Made by a program: the position numbers and the translations under genes. 64,000 nt of DNA, from assembly GCA_965235115.1 (NCBI GenBank), contig OZ249445.1, positions 19,406,001 through 19,470,000 on the forward strand, in the 5' to 3' direction. Position 1 is the first letter of the stretch. Every line of letters starts with the position of its first letter. Source of the stretch: Laetmonice hystrix (Eukaryota). The notes under the pieces are model-generated. The model saw only the letters and a list, made by a program, of their open reading frames with translations. It was not told the DNA's origin and made no database searches. Positions 12,240-25,922 of this stretch are shown in pieces.

Positions 12240-13859
12240 CTATTTAAATACAGAGGCATACAGTACCATATACCACACTGCTTAAACTGACTCAGACTTA
12301 AAGGATGGTCTCTGGTTTCAGCATTCTTTCCTAAACTAAGTAGCCTGTCATCAAACATTGATGGAAACCTGTAGGAAACTTGTCCGAACGTTGCTAGGTT
12401 TAAATGGTTTGTCAGTGCCACTGTGTACCCCGCACCAAAACTTACCATCGCCAATTATACACATTTTAGAATACGACACCTTAATTACAAGATAATAATA
12501 CTTTCAACTGAACGATTTAAATGCAAAGATTTGCTTCAGGACAACTGAGCTCTACGTGCAACACTTAGTCTCAGTTAAAACATTTAGAACAGATCTTCTA
12601 ATAAATACTTCAGGCACGTCATATGAAGGACAACTCCACAATCTCCTGGATTCAGTGTGTCTGAAGCCCGCCCCACTCCGGCTCCAAGCGAATGACATTC
12701 ACCACTGCCTTCAGTCTACCTTGGGGAGTTAAACCTCAGATTTCCTGACTGTAAGGAACAGGAGACCAGAGATACTCATAAATCTCTCTCCCTCTGTCTG
12801 ATAGCGGACAGAAAGTACGCTACGACGCCACAACCAAGATAAGGTTTCAAGGCAATCTATTGTATCTCCTTGAAGTTGAGTGTGAGCCAAATGTTCTTGT
12901 AGGAAATTATGCGATTTATCTGAATTTGCTCTCGTGAAAATGGATATCTCTCAATCTGTTGCCATTATTGTCTCCAGTGAAACGCGGACAATTTTCTATT
13001 AAACAATTCAGCACAGGGTAGAAGGAAATACGTCAACCTTACACTAAATACTTCTGCGTTTTTGAATCCCGTAGTCTCGAGGACCTACGCACAAAGCCAC
13101 CCCTGGAGGCTAGCCTCGGTAAATGACACTTGCACGATTTCTGAGGACAAATGATTATTAAATTTTCAGGGGCTGATTTTAAAAAGCTCTGAGGACGAGC
13201 TGACAATGGCGTTGGGCAGGCGCCGTCGCCTAACGAGGAGAGCAATCCCACAAATTAGCAGGTGTTCATGGGACGTTTAACGAGACGGTTATCCTTATCA
13301 GTGCTGTCTCATCCTCAGATCATGCTTACATTCCTTATCTCCTACTAATGAGCCAGAGCTCAGGGATTGACAGAACGACTCTCACTGCCATCCCGCCGGT
13401 CAAGGTGGATTTCAAGTCTTGTCACAGAGGCAGTGAATTGATCTTCTCAAGTGTCTGCTTACTTCAGATCTACGAGACAATCCAACACGTTTTCACACAC
13501 GACTCCTTCGCCGATTAATTAAGCTAATAGTAATATGTATGCATTACGTCTCATGGCAGAATCACTGGCGTCATAGTAAATGGACGCTATGACTTTAACT
13601 TGCCAAACTTTTCAATTCCTGAAAGGCCGGCCGAGTCTGGTAACAATAGGAAGTCGATAAACAATGACAAAGTTCTGTAACTTGTCTATTATGCGGTAAC
13701 ACAACAACAGATTGCTCTATGAATATTTTAACTTTACTGATAATTGGAAGCTTTTCTTTCTTTACATACAAAGAGAACAGAATGTTCACCACCTCTCACC
13801 TTGACCTTGACTCTAGTGACCATACACTACACGGTTAGTAAGTACCCTACAGCCTGTCT

Positions 13860-14390
13860 GCTACACCCCCCACCTTGATACTAGTGACACCAGGTCAGGA
13901 CCTGATCCTACACCCCTCACCTTGATACTAGTGACACCAGGGCAGGACCTGATCCTACACCCCCCACCTTGATACTAGTGACACCAGGTCAGGACCTGAT
14001 CCTACACCCCTCACCTTGATACTAGTGACACCAGGGCAGGACCTGATCCTACACCCCTCACCTTGATACTAGTGACACCAGGGCAGGACCTGATCCTACA
14101 CCCCTCACCTTGATACTAGTGACACCAGGGCAGGACTAGATCCTACACCCCTCACCTTGATACTAGTGACACCAGGGCAGGACCTGATCCTACACCCCCC
14201 ACCTTGATACTAGTGACACCAGATCAGGACCTAATGCTACACCCCCACCTTGATACTAGTGACACCAGGTTAGGACCTGATGCTACACCCCCCACCTTGA
14301 TACTAGTGACACCAGGTCAGGACCTGATCCTACACCCCTCACCTTGATACTAGTGACACCAAGTCAGGACCTCATGCTACACCTTGATAC
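13860..14390. repeat. Minisatellite, 47-bp unit caccttgatactagtgacaccagggcaggacctgatcctacacccct, about 11 copies
   Basis: Period 47 (13871 to 13918). Confidence 0.97.
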
Positions 14391-16569
14391 CAACGAGATG
14401 ATACTAACTCCTCCCTTGATCCGTTTATTTTGTCACTTTTCAAATAAACCAATACGCATCAACTTTCCTGTCTTTCAGGCTCAACCTGCGCTAAATGAAA
14501 TGCGCCCACAGTGCAGCGACAGCTCAGACACCATCTCTCAACCACTACCATATGCTTTTTTGTTTTTTGTCTTTTCTTTTCTTTTTCTATTTTTTCGGGG
14601 GGGGGGGGGGGTATCAACTTAAACCAGGCCACGGTTACCTACTTGAAACATAATCAGAGCATTATTGTTCGCACCCGTTGACAGCTGGTTCCCTACCGCC
14701 CACAAGATCTAACATGTTCGCCCTATTTCTTTTACGACCTGACACTATCTTTATTATGGTGACCACCAAAAAACTCGTACCTATCTGTCACCCACGGGCA
14801 ATATACACGGTCTATCGACAATTGATGAGAAGTTTGCTGGCAGGGAAGTGGACCTCTTGGGTCGGACCCCTCGGAGAGTCTCGGCTGACAGAGTGACCCG
14901 CTCCGAAACGTAATCAGTAATGTATTTGGTGTGGTACTATGACACCCCCGGGTGGGGCGTGGACTGGGGTAACAAGAACCACCCCACCCTGATCCATTTT
15001 CATCGGGTTCTTTAGAAGAGCGATAACCATGTGACAATTTGACTGACTCGCCCGGCAGTGCATCATCGTACGGGCCTACCCCATCCCCAAATCTGTCAGG
15101 CTTGGAATTTAATGGAATGCCCCAACACGGCTAGGGGGTCGCTTTTCTCAAATTTTTCGGCGGTGACTCCCATGCAGTTCCTCTTACATACAATTCTAAA
15201 CTATACTTCCAGGTCTACAGGTAGACACAAGAGCCTATCAAACTGGACCTACCCTCATATTTTTTTAAATATGTATTTCAAACAACATCATTTGGATTGA
15301 ATTTTCTACCCTTGTCGGCCAACATCCAATGTATTTTACTGGTTCCTGACATCCCATTCAGCTATCAAATCGCAAATATTTCATGTTTCCCCCTTTTTTA
15401 CAAGTATTGAATCGCAGAGAAAAAAGTGTTGCTCTTTAAGTGCGTTACCCACTTACCGTAGACACTAAGGCTGTTTGAAATTTAATTAAGATTTGCCGAT
15501 GAGATCTTAAGGCTGATGGCCGTGGCGACAACACATCCCCACGATAAATCTTCCTGTTCTAGGGTCATAAAGCGTTCCCATTTCCTTCCTACAGACATGC
15601 AAAGACTGAAACACGAGGAGGTACACCTACAGAGAAAGCTAGAATCGATAACCTAGATTTAATGTACTCACCGACCATTGCTCACCATTAAACGACCCTT
15701 TACTTCAAAGTCTATACTGACATTTCTTCAGTATACAGACTACCAATCCATCAGGGCCGGACAGATATTATGTGGGCGCTATACTTTAACTTCCCTGGTA
15801 CCCCATTAAGGTGTTTTCTGCGTACGTGCCGCCCACTCTTTATTTATTTTGAATTCATTAAATACTAATATAATTGAAGGTTAAAACATCAATTTCGCGG
15901 CTCTTTTCTTCCAGAAGCAATGGGCACTTTGTGCTGTACTTCACTTACGGTTTTAAAGACTATTGGCCTTTTTAGAGGATTTTACTATAGCCCCACCCCT
16001 TCAATTTTCCTACAGGTCTTTTAACAAGTGTTAATTTTGAACAAAACTGTGTCAACCCGACTCCAAACTATTTCTGGTCAAAACGCACTTGCCTGAGCTA
16101 TTGTTCCTAAATGGGGCAATGCTTCCTCCTTGAGACAGTCCTGGGTGAATGTAGCTAGGAGAACCCGCCCCGGACCACCCGGTGGTCTGTTTACAATCTA
16201 CCCCTTCTACCCCTACGATACAGACAGGGAAGGGCGATCAGGGGGTTCGAGGCTGGACGGCGCCTGGCCTTAACTAACACCCGCAAAGTTACCACGGACC
16301 GCCATTAATGCCCAAATCATTCCCTCATTCCATTGCTGCGCACTGTCATAATTATAATTCAATATTACTCACTACAGTAATATATTAATTTACTGTGCCC
16401 CCTTTACGGAACGTCCCCACAGAATGAGAACAGATCGCATTTTGAGCAACCCCTAGCTAGCACAGGAGAACATAACAAGCCACAACCGTCTGACATGGTC
16501 GGGGTCAATCATTCTGAGTTCACTCTCTATAGCTCTCTCTCCCTATCCTACTGACGGTCTCTGTGACAG

Positions 16570-16738
16570 CCGTCGCCGCCGGACCAGCATCACGAACCAG
16601 ATCCTGAGCCTGGATACATTCCGTTTGAAGTGCTCGCCACATCCTGACAAACACCTCCAGAATCTAGACGGAAGTCGGGGATCACCTGTCCGCTACAAGA
16701 CGGATGGCGGCTCCCTCATCCCCAGCCTCTGGACACTG
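16570..16738 (+). CDS. Candidate plus-strand exon RRRRTSITNQILSLDTFRLKCSPHPDKHLQNLDGSRGSPVRYKTDGGSLIPSLWTL
   Basis: Branch-like TACTGAC plus CAG acceptor at 16569 and strong G/C third-position bias. Donor CTG|GTGGGG is weak. No family recognised. Confidence 0.3.
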
Positions 16739-19697
16739 GTGGGGGGCAGACCCCCTTCATCCCATCTCACTACACGACCGTGCCAATATGGCAACCCCAT
16801 TAAAAGTCACAAGGAAACATAGCCATGTTGAGGTTCCTCTCAAAGCCCCCCCCCCCCCCTCCCTCTTCCTCACTTCCCGGTTCGGATGGGCCCAGGACAG
16901 GAAGAGTTGCGAAGACTTTCGGAGGATCAGCTCACAAACCTCGCCCTCGGTTCAGACGGCTCTCCAAACGCTGCCATGGTATTATTGCATTTTGCCTTCA
17001 ATCGGCTCAACATGTATGACACTGGAGGCGTTCAGCACATGGGTATAAGAAACAAAGAAGAATATTTTAGTAAAGAGCTAAAAGAAAACAACCTTGGATG
17101 GCTGAGGGGAATTTTCCGTTTTACAGTAGAAAATATGTTATAAACGTTAAGGAACAACCGAAACACCTTCCCGCTCCTATATAGTCCTATAAAAACAGAT
17201 AAATGTCAATGTGGGTCTAATCGAGGTCTTTGAGGCTGAGCACTTCAACAATGTTGGGTGCCCTCACCAAAGTACTTGAACCAAATGTCAGGGTGGTTTG
17301 TTGACAGTGGCGCAACCACAGACTTGTGTCAGAGGCTGCCGGGGGTGGGGGTGGGGTGGGGTGTGTGTGTGTGTGTGTGGGGGGGGGGGGGTTACATATG
17401 GTCGTCAGCCACATGGTCCCCCCCCCCCACAGGATCGGTACCGACACTTGACTGGAAACCCTCGACAGCATAGAGAGGACATGTACACTGTATATATCTA
17501 GGCGACATTAAAACGTGGCTCGAATAGCGCCAACAAAATTTACTCCAAAACAATTAAATCAGATGTCTCACTAGACTCTTCAAACACGACATCAATTTAT
17601 TTCAATAAAAAACTAAGTTAATAAAAGGTCAATTTCAATATAATTTCCTTGGCCCGGGACGTTCTGATCTGCAGCAAGTAACATTTTATTCAAGTTTCTC
17701 GAATTACCCAACAGATGAAGATGATGTGGGACTCAAGTCAAGAACTGGTGATTATCTCTTGCCACGTCCATTCAATTGCAGGAACTTGTGGCGACTAAAG
17801 ACATTTTCAGGTGACATTAAATAATATCTTGTTATCCTTCGTCCAAATTAAATTCAGTCCTATGACATGTTTACTGGATCCATCCATATAATGAAAGGCT
17901 CATTTAAAGGGATCAAATTAACTTCACATAAAAAGCTTCTTTTGTGATCACTCAAACTTTTGTACTCATAAGGAAAGGGAAATATTTTTTAGCGTACATC
18001 AAGTTACAAACGACCATTATCGGTCAAATGAAACCAATGCTCAATGTTCCCTTGCAAAACGTTTGAGATTTCAGATTATATGTCAATATAATTGTCACAC
18101 TCTATTCATTTAAGTACCGCCAACCTACTATCTAACACCTAATTATCACATTTTCAGCCATTACATTTCACTTACTTGGCTGATCTTTGTGATTTTCTAG
18201 CAATAAATCCGGTTAAAATGTTCTCCCTGGGACCTCGAAATTCATTTACACATCTAGACGGTGTCTTTTAGCGGTCATCCACGTTTGTCAGAAGATAAAT
18301 TACGTGACAAAGATCTGTGAGGCTGTTCGAGGTGACGTACTCTATCCTTACCTCTCCACTGGGAGAACTAATGATAGGTAGTCAATGGCGCGCCATACAA
18401 TCGTCCCGACACGTAGATTACAAGGCTCTGTAAACCCTGCCGGGCATGACAAGTCTCCATCACAAGGTCCCTTATCGGTGTCCCACAGTACTTTACTATA
18501 CCGTTCACCGTTAGTGGACAATTGTAGCAGTGCGACTGATGAACTATTGTACGGGCAACCCCGACAAGGCGGACACAAGATAGTATCACCTCAATTATTC
18601 TATGAGACGGAATCTCGCAGTCTGTCCTTAACTGACTCAAGGCAACTTGTGTCCCTGAAGGCAAAGTCTTACATGGCTGAAATCTGGGGATCCCCACGGT
18701 CACTTTACACAGCTTTCAATATACCCTCATGGTGCCTTCCATGTGTATCTACGCTGGTCAAACAGCCCTGGGTCCCCATGTAGGCCTACCTACCCCACCA
18801 TGAGGTCCACCACAGCTATGTTAGCCAGCCTGAAGCATAGAAACCCAATTCTTTGTTAGAAATATATATTTGCCATACAAAAAAAAATCCGAAGGCTGAA
18901 GTTGTTTGTTGAAAAATCTGAGACCATTAAGTAGAAAAGCCTTTTACAAAGATCATTGACGCCATTCGTTGTCCTGCTCCAGGGACTTTTCCCCGATATA
19001 TGATTCTACGCAAAGACAACCTTAATAGACGATAATGCCATATTACCTGAGGAAATGGCACTCAGCAGTGGAACTCGTATAATACATGGAGAATGTCTCT
19101 AATCGTCGTTCGGTGGGATGCTATCCCTGCTGGCTATGTCTGCTGTACTGCTTTATCTTCATGCCGTTCTCTCAGGTTTCAGTTGTTGCTTCAAAGTCGA
19201 CGATTCAATCTGTGAGCGGTATTCTCACAGGCCTACTTGAGTCTGATTCGCCAGCCATTCCGACATGGTTGTGGCTGCCTGTGTTTGATAGTTGATAAAA
19301 TTCAAGTATCTTAGTTGTTAGACTGCCGTAGGGACACATAGTTGAAGGGTCAAACATGACAAAATCCCACGCCTTTCATGTGCAGTCTATCATTCCCGTC
19401 TCCCTGGGGCTAGAGGGGGAAAAAGTCTCATGGTGTTCATCCATCAATTTGCCAATTACCATGACAACGGCCAGACGCTAGGTATGGCATGCTTTCCAAG
19501 TCAAGTCGTCAACACCTATACGGAGTGGTTCTCCCATTCCGTTTTCATGGATCGCATTCCGTCGACAAGTGTGAACATGGTCGAGCCATCGCATTACGAT
19601 CAACACGCTCTATTCATCCCGACTTCATCTGTCATCAAATACTCGACACATCCAAGAACGCCGCATTCAACAGCGCCGCCTAGTGACAGATTCTCAA

Positions 19698-19806
19698 CCA
19701 ATGAGGCGTGCCGAGCATGGCTGAACACGAGGCTGGTCGGGTGGTGCTGACACCACCAACTCCTTCCGCCAATCACAGGTCGCCACCACCACCACCGTGA
19801 CGTCAC
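19698..19806. promoter_or_regulatory. Two CCAAT boxes (19698, 19769) and a palindromic CRE GTGACGTCAC (19797-19806) in a CpG-rich patch
   Basis: Motifs read directly; function inferred. Confidence 0.35.
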
Positions 19807-22800
19807 CGCCTACCACAGTAAAATCTTGTTATGTTCTGCGATATGCCCGTCCTGGCGACATTGCCAGTGACAAATTACATGGTGGAGTCACGAGGGGTAG
19901 AAACGTGAGATAGAGAAAGGTTTTTATAAAAACACTGCCTGTCACATGTTATCAGATACCTGAAGGCGTTTAAATTGATGGAATACTGAGACGGGATATG
20001 TCTCAACGTATAGAAAACTAATTTACGACCTCAATGATTAGGTCCGAGAGATGATAAAGATACTTTTCAGAGCCACAAGGGAATTAGCATCACGGAAAAA
20101 GGTCATAAAAAATAAGCGAAGACAGGTAATATTGGAACTTCATTAAAACTTTGGACGTGACATTATAACATTGCTTGACTTCATCCAGTTAACTGTTCCT
20201 TGGATTCACTTGGATGGTTACGACGACAACTAGGGTCACACATATAATTAATAAACCCCTCTTTCCTCTCATTCTCTTCCAATCCAATTAATATTTTTTT
20301 AAGATATCTGAGGGTGCTCTTAGTATCGTATAGCCCTTCAAGAACGCGAGGAATTCCCTGGGAACAAAAAAGGAATTTTCCTAGGAATTCTGTCTGTGGC
20401 GGCTTAAGTTACACCGAATCAGAACTTTTACATCAGTTTTAATATGAAGAATCTTCATTAACCTACCTAATACATGCACAAAAGATCTCAATGTTGTTCT
20501 TTCTCTTCCCCTTTTTTCTCCCCTCCAGATTGAAAAAGTTTCCTTCGCACACTGTAACCCAGACTTGAAGAACCTTTACCAACAAAACCTAAACCTATAC
20601 AGCAGATTCTGTGATCCTGGGGTGTGTTTCTTAGCATGTCGTTAGCGTGTCGTATCGTTAACACCAATGGATTTTCAATGGGGATTTTAACGCACGACAG
20701 GATAACGATGTATGAGAAACGCACCCCAGAATATCTCAAGGCGGGGCCCAGCATCCTTTGACCATGTCTTATCTACATTATTTCTACCTGCCCTGATGGT
20801 ATACTTCATGTGAAAGATCCACCGACCAGATAACAACGCTGCACGTACATTTCTCGTGTCAGTATGTCAAATATCCCCGGTGACAAAACCCGTGTTCACG
20901 CGATCTTCTCAGATCATCAACTTATTTCAGGCCAATCTTAGCCTAATTCACCCTAATGGACGCGGCCTATTATTCCCTGGCACGAGGCCAGTGGCACGTT
21001 AGGCGTTCTATATTAGTAATGAGATCTAATACAGGCACATTCTTCACTCGTTATTGTTACTCGTCAGTCACCCACTCACTCACCCACAACATTACACGCG
21101 GCCAGGCAGATTTTATTATTATTATATCAATCCCCATACTCTGATTTATAATAAATCATAGAACCTGGTGCTTTCAATATAACATATATCTCAGCGTCAG
21201 GGTTGCTCTCATTCAGACTTAAAGCCGCAGAATTAAATACATTTAACAATGCTGATGGCGTGTAATGTGTTTTTAATTATTCAGAGCTAAAAGGGGGCTT
21301 ACCGCACGCTATGACAAGCAGTGGCTCACCTGAGTAAGGATGCAGCATTGACTACCCCCCCCCCCACCCCCCCCCCCCCCCCACCCCACCGCCGCACATC
21401 ACCAATCAGCCACGATAAACGACGGGCAATGAGCGAATTGGTCGTCCTCATTACGGTCATTGACGACATGGGAGGCGACCACTCGACTACCGGCTTCATC
21501 TATCATCGTATCACCACCACTACCTCATCACTTACAACATTTTTATACCTTACATAGACATTATAACTACGGTATTTTTTAAACTTCAGATTATGCTTAA
21601 GATTAACCCTTCGATTAGATGGTCTAAACAGACCAGACAACACAAGTACAGGCTTTGCTGCAGGCCCGTTGGGGCGGGGGGTGGGGGATCTCCCCCAAAC
21701 ATCAGTTACCCCCACCGCAACGTTTTCTCACTTTCACGCTCAACCTAAGCCTCCCTGCCCAAGTCCTTCAACTCCCCCCCCCCCAAAAAAAAAGGTGAAA
21801 TTCTCCAGGAAACCCTGAAGTGAGAACGTTATTTATTCAGGTACGGTAGTGCTGAAGGCTGAGCTGGTTCTTGGGGAGGATTACGTTCTGTTTGTAAAAT
21901 CATATTAGTCAATTTAATATGTCCAAGGGGAAAACATCGTTGGGAAACCACAAGTAAAAATGGTTAATTCGACGGATTACATATTCCCCGCTGTAGTACT
22001 AGGAGTTCAATAAACTAAGAGGTGCTGACAGTCTGGGGATCATTGGTGGCGGAGAGGCTGTCAGATAATGTCCAGAGTCTACTTCAACTAGACCGGATAA
22101 CAAAAGCAACTAAAGTAGCATTACTACAGATTTTCAAGTAGCTTAGTTTTCCCTTGAGAAACACAAAGCATACTTAATATTTCCAGTCCGCGACATTATT
22201 TCAATCTTAAAATTTTAATATCTGCCGCTCATGACACTCGACTACACCTTCACTTTCAACCCTCTCTGGGTATAAACTGACAAATAGAGATTGACAGGCA
22301 GGCTCCATGATGACCGACTGTTTTTATGAAATATTTTCTTCTTTCTCTCATACACGTTCCTTCCTTTACCGTTCTTGCTCTCCCCTATAATCAGCCCCAC
22401 TCAACATCCTGGGAGATCCGACCCTAGCCGTGGTTCAATTCAATCTGAGCATAATGGCTCCTAACGATAAAAGTTGGTGGAAATATTGGGTGAAAGAGCT
22501 CAATAAATACCATGAGCGAAACTCTTCAAATTGTATATTCTATGTGTATTCGCTTTATTCCATTTCACTGTTTTAATTGACAAAAGGCAATATTCCCACT
22601 TTAATAAATTTACTGGTAAAATTGGATAACCAGAAAAAATCCTGACTTAAAAAGTTAATTAGGCGGCATAAACGGGTGATGAGTAATTGGCTACCTCATG
22701 AATACTCTTCACAATCTAACAGCCTCCTGAGAAATGGGTAAAAACATTTGGAGGGATACTGTTGCATGCAAAACACAGATTTTAAAAGGATAAATTATAT

Positions 22801-23164
22801 AGGTTGCACAAGCTTGCAACACCTTCGTTTCTTTACAGAAGAAGTGATTCTGAGAAGAAAACGTGTGGGCCAGAGTTTGGCGACTTTTCTTTTAATGTTA
22901 AATACATTTTAATAAATCATGTCATTATCAGGTCCTGCCATAACGGGTTTACCCCCTTATTTTGTAGGCGACATTCTATAGTTGAAGATGTCGGTCACGG
23001 TCGTGTTGTCATAGAAACCAACATGTCAAATATAAACAGTCAAGTCACATCTATTAGCCTCCACTGAACTGGTTTCTTCGGTCGGCAGGTCAGGGCCCGT
23101 CAACTGTAGGCCGCCACTCGAGCCCACTCTCCGCACTTTGATGTCTCCGAGCGCAACGTTCCAC

Positions 23165-23183
23165 CCTCCAGGGGGCGCTAGTG
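23165..23183 (+). promoter_or_regulatory. CTCF-type motif CCTCCAGGGGGCGCTAGTG
   Basis: One mismatch to the core, with the canonical GCGCTA tail. Confidence 0.5.
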
Positions 23184-23667
23184 TGACAGTGGATGATTAA
23201 TGACGACTTTATGCACCCGTCACTTTTCGTTCTGACACGGGTTTTCACAAATTTCATCCCAAGGACCAATTCGGATTGCAAAAGTTCGCAGAACCAAACG
23301 AATTAATGAGGAGAAAAAGGAAACTTCAGCGACATCCCTGTGGTTGGAGAGGTTAAAACGTCGAGCTAATAACTCATGGCCTTCTGGCTGTGGGCGTGAG
23401 GGTGAAACACGCGCTGGGATGGTGAACGCATGGCTAGCCTTGCATTCACTATATCTTAATATATTTCATGTTGCTGTGTTGACATGAAAACGCTGCCTTT
23501 AAGAGGCCTTGATAGGTACACAGGACCGTCATTTATCTATCATACGTGACATCAACCTGTGTGTACCTGGGGCATACCTTTTACCTACAGTCACATACCG
23601 CAACTCTCATCGCTTAAAATATATGTACGTGGTATAACTCACGTTACCCTCCATCACCTGTGGCACT

Positions 23668-23733
23668 GACCCCGCGTTAAGATGCCTTGCCTGTGGCATA
23701 GACCCCGCGTTTAGATGCCTTGCCTGTGGCATA
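23668..23733. repeat. 33-bp direct repeat x2 (gaccccgcgtt[a/t]agatgccttgcctgtggcata)
   Basis: Directly visible, one mismatch. Confidence 0.9.
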
Positions 23734-24697
23734 CTTGGAGTTATCACAGGTTAGCACGGTCATTATTGACGCTTCAATACAGTTTATAACATGGAGGTCA
23801 CTGTAAACACCTTCAACTTTTCTAAATTTTGCATTTTCGGAATTTACGACTTTTACAGGTTTCGCACCCTTCAATTTTAGGAATTTCTGTTCTACTCCAA
23901 GAACATGACCTATCCATTTGTGAAACTCTCTTCCATGACCTACAAGTTTGTGGATATTCTTCAAAATCGGGGAAATTGCAGAATTCAAGGAACTTTGTTT
24001 TTTCCCTCATCGCATAAAATATACGTGGTATAAGGTTGTGCACCCAGCAGCTATATTGATATAGGGGAGTGATGTGGCCCACCAACCCGCAAACACTACA
24101 CACCCCATGCATAACTACTGTCCATACGACAGCTTGGGTTGGGAACTCTCAGGTCAGGCGGAAGGCCTGCACCCACTTGTAATTAAATAACCTCTTATGC
24201 TTTATCCATTCTTCCCAGAGAATCTAAACATGTAATAGATACGTTGTAGAAAGGCCGGGATATAAAATCCTCCCGATACGACAAACATGGCGACCATAAC
24301 ATTACGTGACAATTTCTGTTCACATCTCCTCAGGAACAAAGTTCTTCATAACTCAAAATGTCATAGTACGTGCGCTCATTCACCCTTGGATGTCACTGCA
24401 AACATTACACTTCTTTGTCAAATAGATTCTGCCAGGGCAAAAATATATATACTTCCCGTTCCATTCTTCCTTGTTTACTTGCAGATTAGTATTACATATT
24501 TCCTGATCTGAATACCACCAGATTGTCGGTATAATTCCGAAACTCGGCACCGATTTCTGTCGGTGACCATTTCACTGAAATAAATGTTCACATATATCTG
24601 ACTGACTTATAAACGCCAAGACTGCCCTCTTACCAACAGCTATAGGTACTCACTGATCAGCTTCCCATTGACATTCAGCCTAGAGCCTTTGTAACCA

Positions 24698-24730
24698 ACT
24701 CACCTGTAGACAAGAGAAAAAGATCAATTA
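24698..24730 (-). other. Juxtaposed 3' and 5' splice sites (candidate recursive-splicing ratchet point): ttaattgatctttttctcttgtctacag|GTGAGT
   Basis: Branch-like TTAAT, long pyrimidine tract and CAG immediately followed by consensus GTGAGT. All three downstream frames close within 10 codons. Confidence 0.5.
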
Positions 24731-25427
24731 AATCCTGTTAATTAATGATACTGTGGAAACTATTATAAACATGCTCAATCCCAAACATCCCTTCAACTAT
24801 ACAATTCCTCGGGGAAATATGCAATTATAGTCTACACAACCAGCAAAGTATTTTTACCTGCGTAATAATTTGTTCAGAATGTTTAAACACGTACACTGAA
24901 AACTATCTTTTTAATCTCTCAGAATCCTCTGCTTGTAAACACAATAGCCACAACACAACAGGTCTTCCTTGTCAAAAAACGTCGGCTGAAGAATGCTTTA
25001 ATAGGAGAAGCGAACTGTTTGCCCTGCACAGCGGCCCCTATCAAACACATCCGAGTTGTATGTGACATGTTTGTATACGTATACCGACTGATACAATCAG
25101 AAACTCATTTCCTGAAATGGCCGGCAGGGCACGAGCTCCAATAACGCTACAATTTCCCCCACCTCCTGTCTGGTGCTGAATGAATTCACTTCACTCATAA
25201 TTTGACCGTCAACAGGCCCGGTCGTGACTCACTACGCTAGAATCTGCAGTCCCATAACCGGCAGATTCCTTTAATATAGATATCTATGGAACCTTCCTGC
25301 AGGTCGGCATCTGACTCCCCAACTACAAACGTTTGTAGGCTTGGATTACACCCAAACTGGTGTGCCTGACGTCTTCCCGACCCAGTAACAGCCCACTGTC
25401 TCCTCATATTGACTCACTTTAAATGTC

Positions 25428-25922
25428 CATACATACAAGCCTAACTATTCATGCACCCGTCATACATACAAGCCTACCTATTCATGCACCCGTCATACAT
25501 ACAAGCCTACCTATTCATGCACCCGTCATATACAAGCCTACCTATTCTTGCACCCGTCATACATACAAGCCTACCTATTCATGCACCCGTCATATACAAG
25601 CCTACCTATTCTTGCACCCGTCATACATACAAGCCTACCTATTCATGCTCCCGTCATACATACAAGCCTACCTATTCATGCACCCGTCATATACATGTAC
25701 AAGCCTACCTATTCATGCACCCGTCATACATACAAGCCTACCTATTCATGCTCCCGTCATACATACAAGCCTACCTATTCACGCACCCGTCATACATACA
25801 AGCCTACCTATTCACGCACCCGTCATACATACAAGCCTACCTATTCATGCACCCGTCATACATACAAGCCTACCTATTCATGCACCCGTCATACATACAA
25901 GCCTACCTATTCATGCACCCGT
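25428..25922. repeat. Minisatellite, 33-bp unit catacatacaagcctacctattcatgcacccgt (31- and 37-bp variants), about 15 copies
   Basis: Directly visible. Explains the IHTSLPIHAPV-type ORFs. Confidence 0.97.

Noticed and set aside
18352-18783. Overlapping ORFs on both strands with a minus-strand donor GAG|GTAAGG
   Set aside because: No good acceptor in the only open frame, and no domain match.
23677-24112. 103- and 96-aa minus ORFs (FHKWIGHVLG..., CETCKS...)
   Set aside because: No recognisable domain or clear splice sites. The region has short direct repeats at both ends and looks like a dispersed repeat relic.
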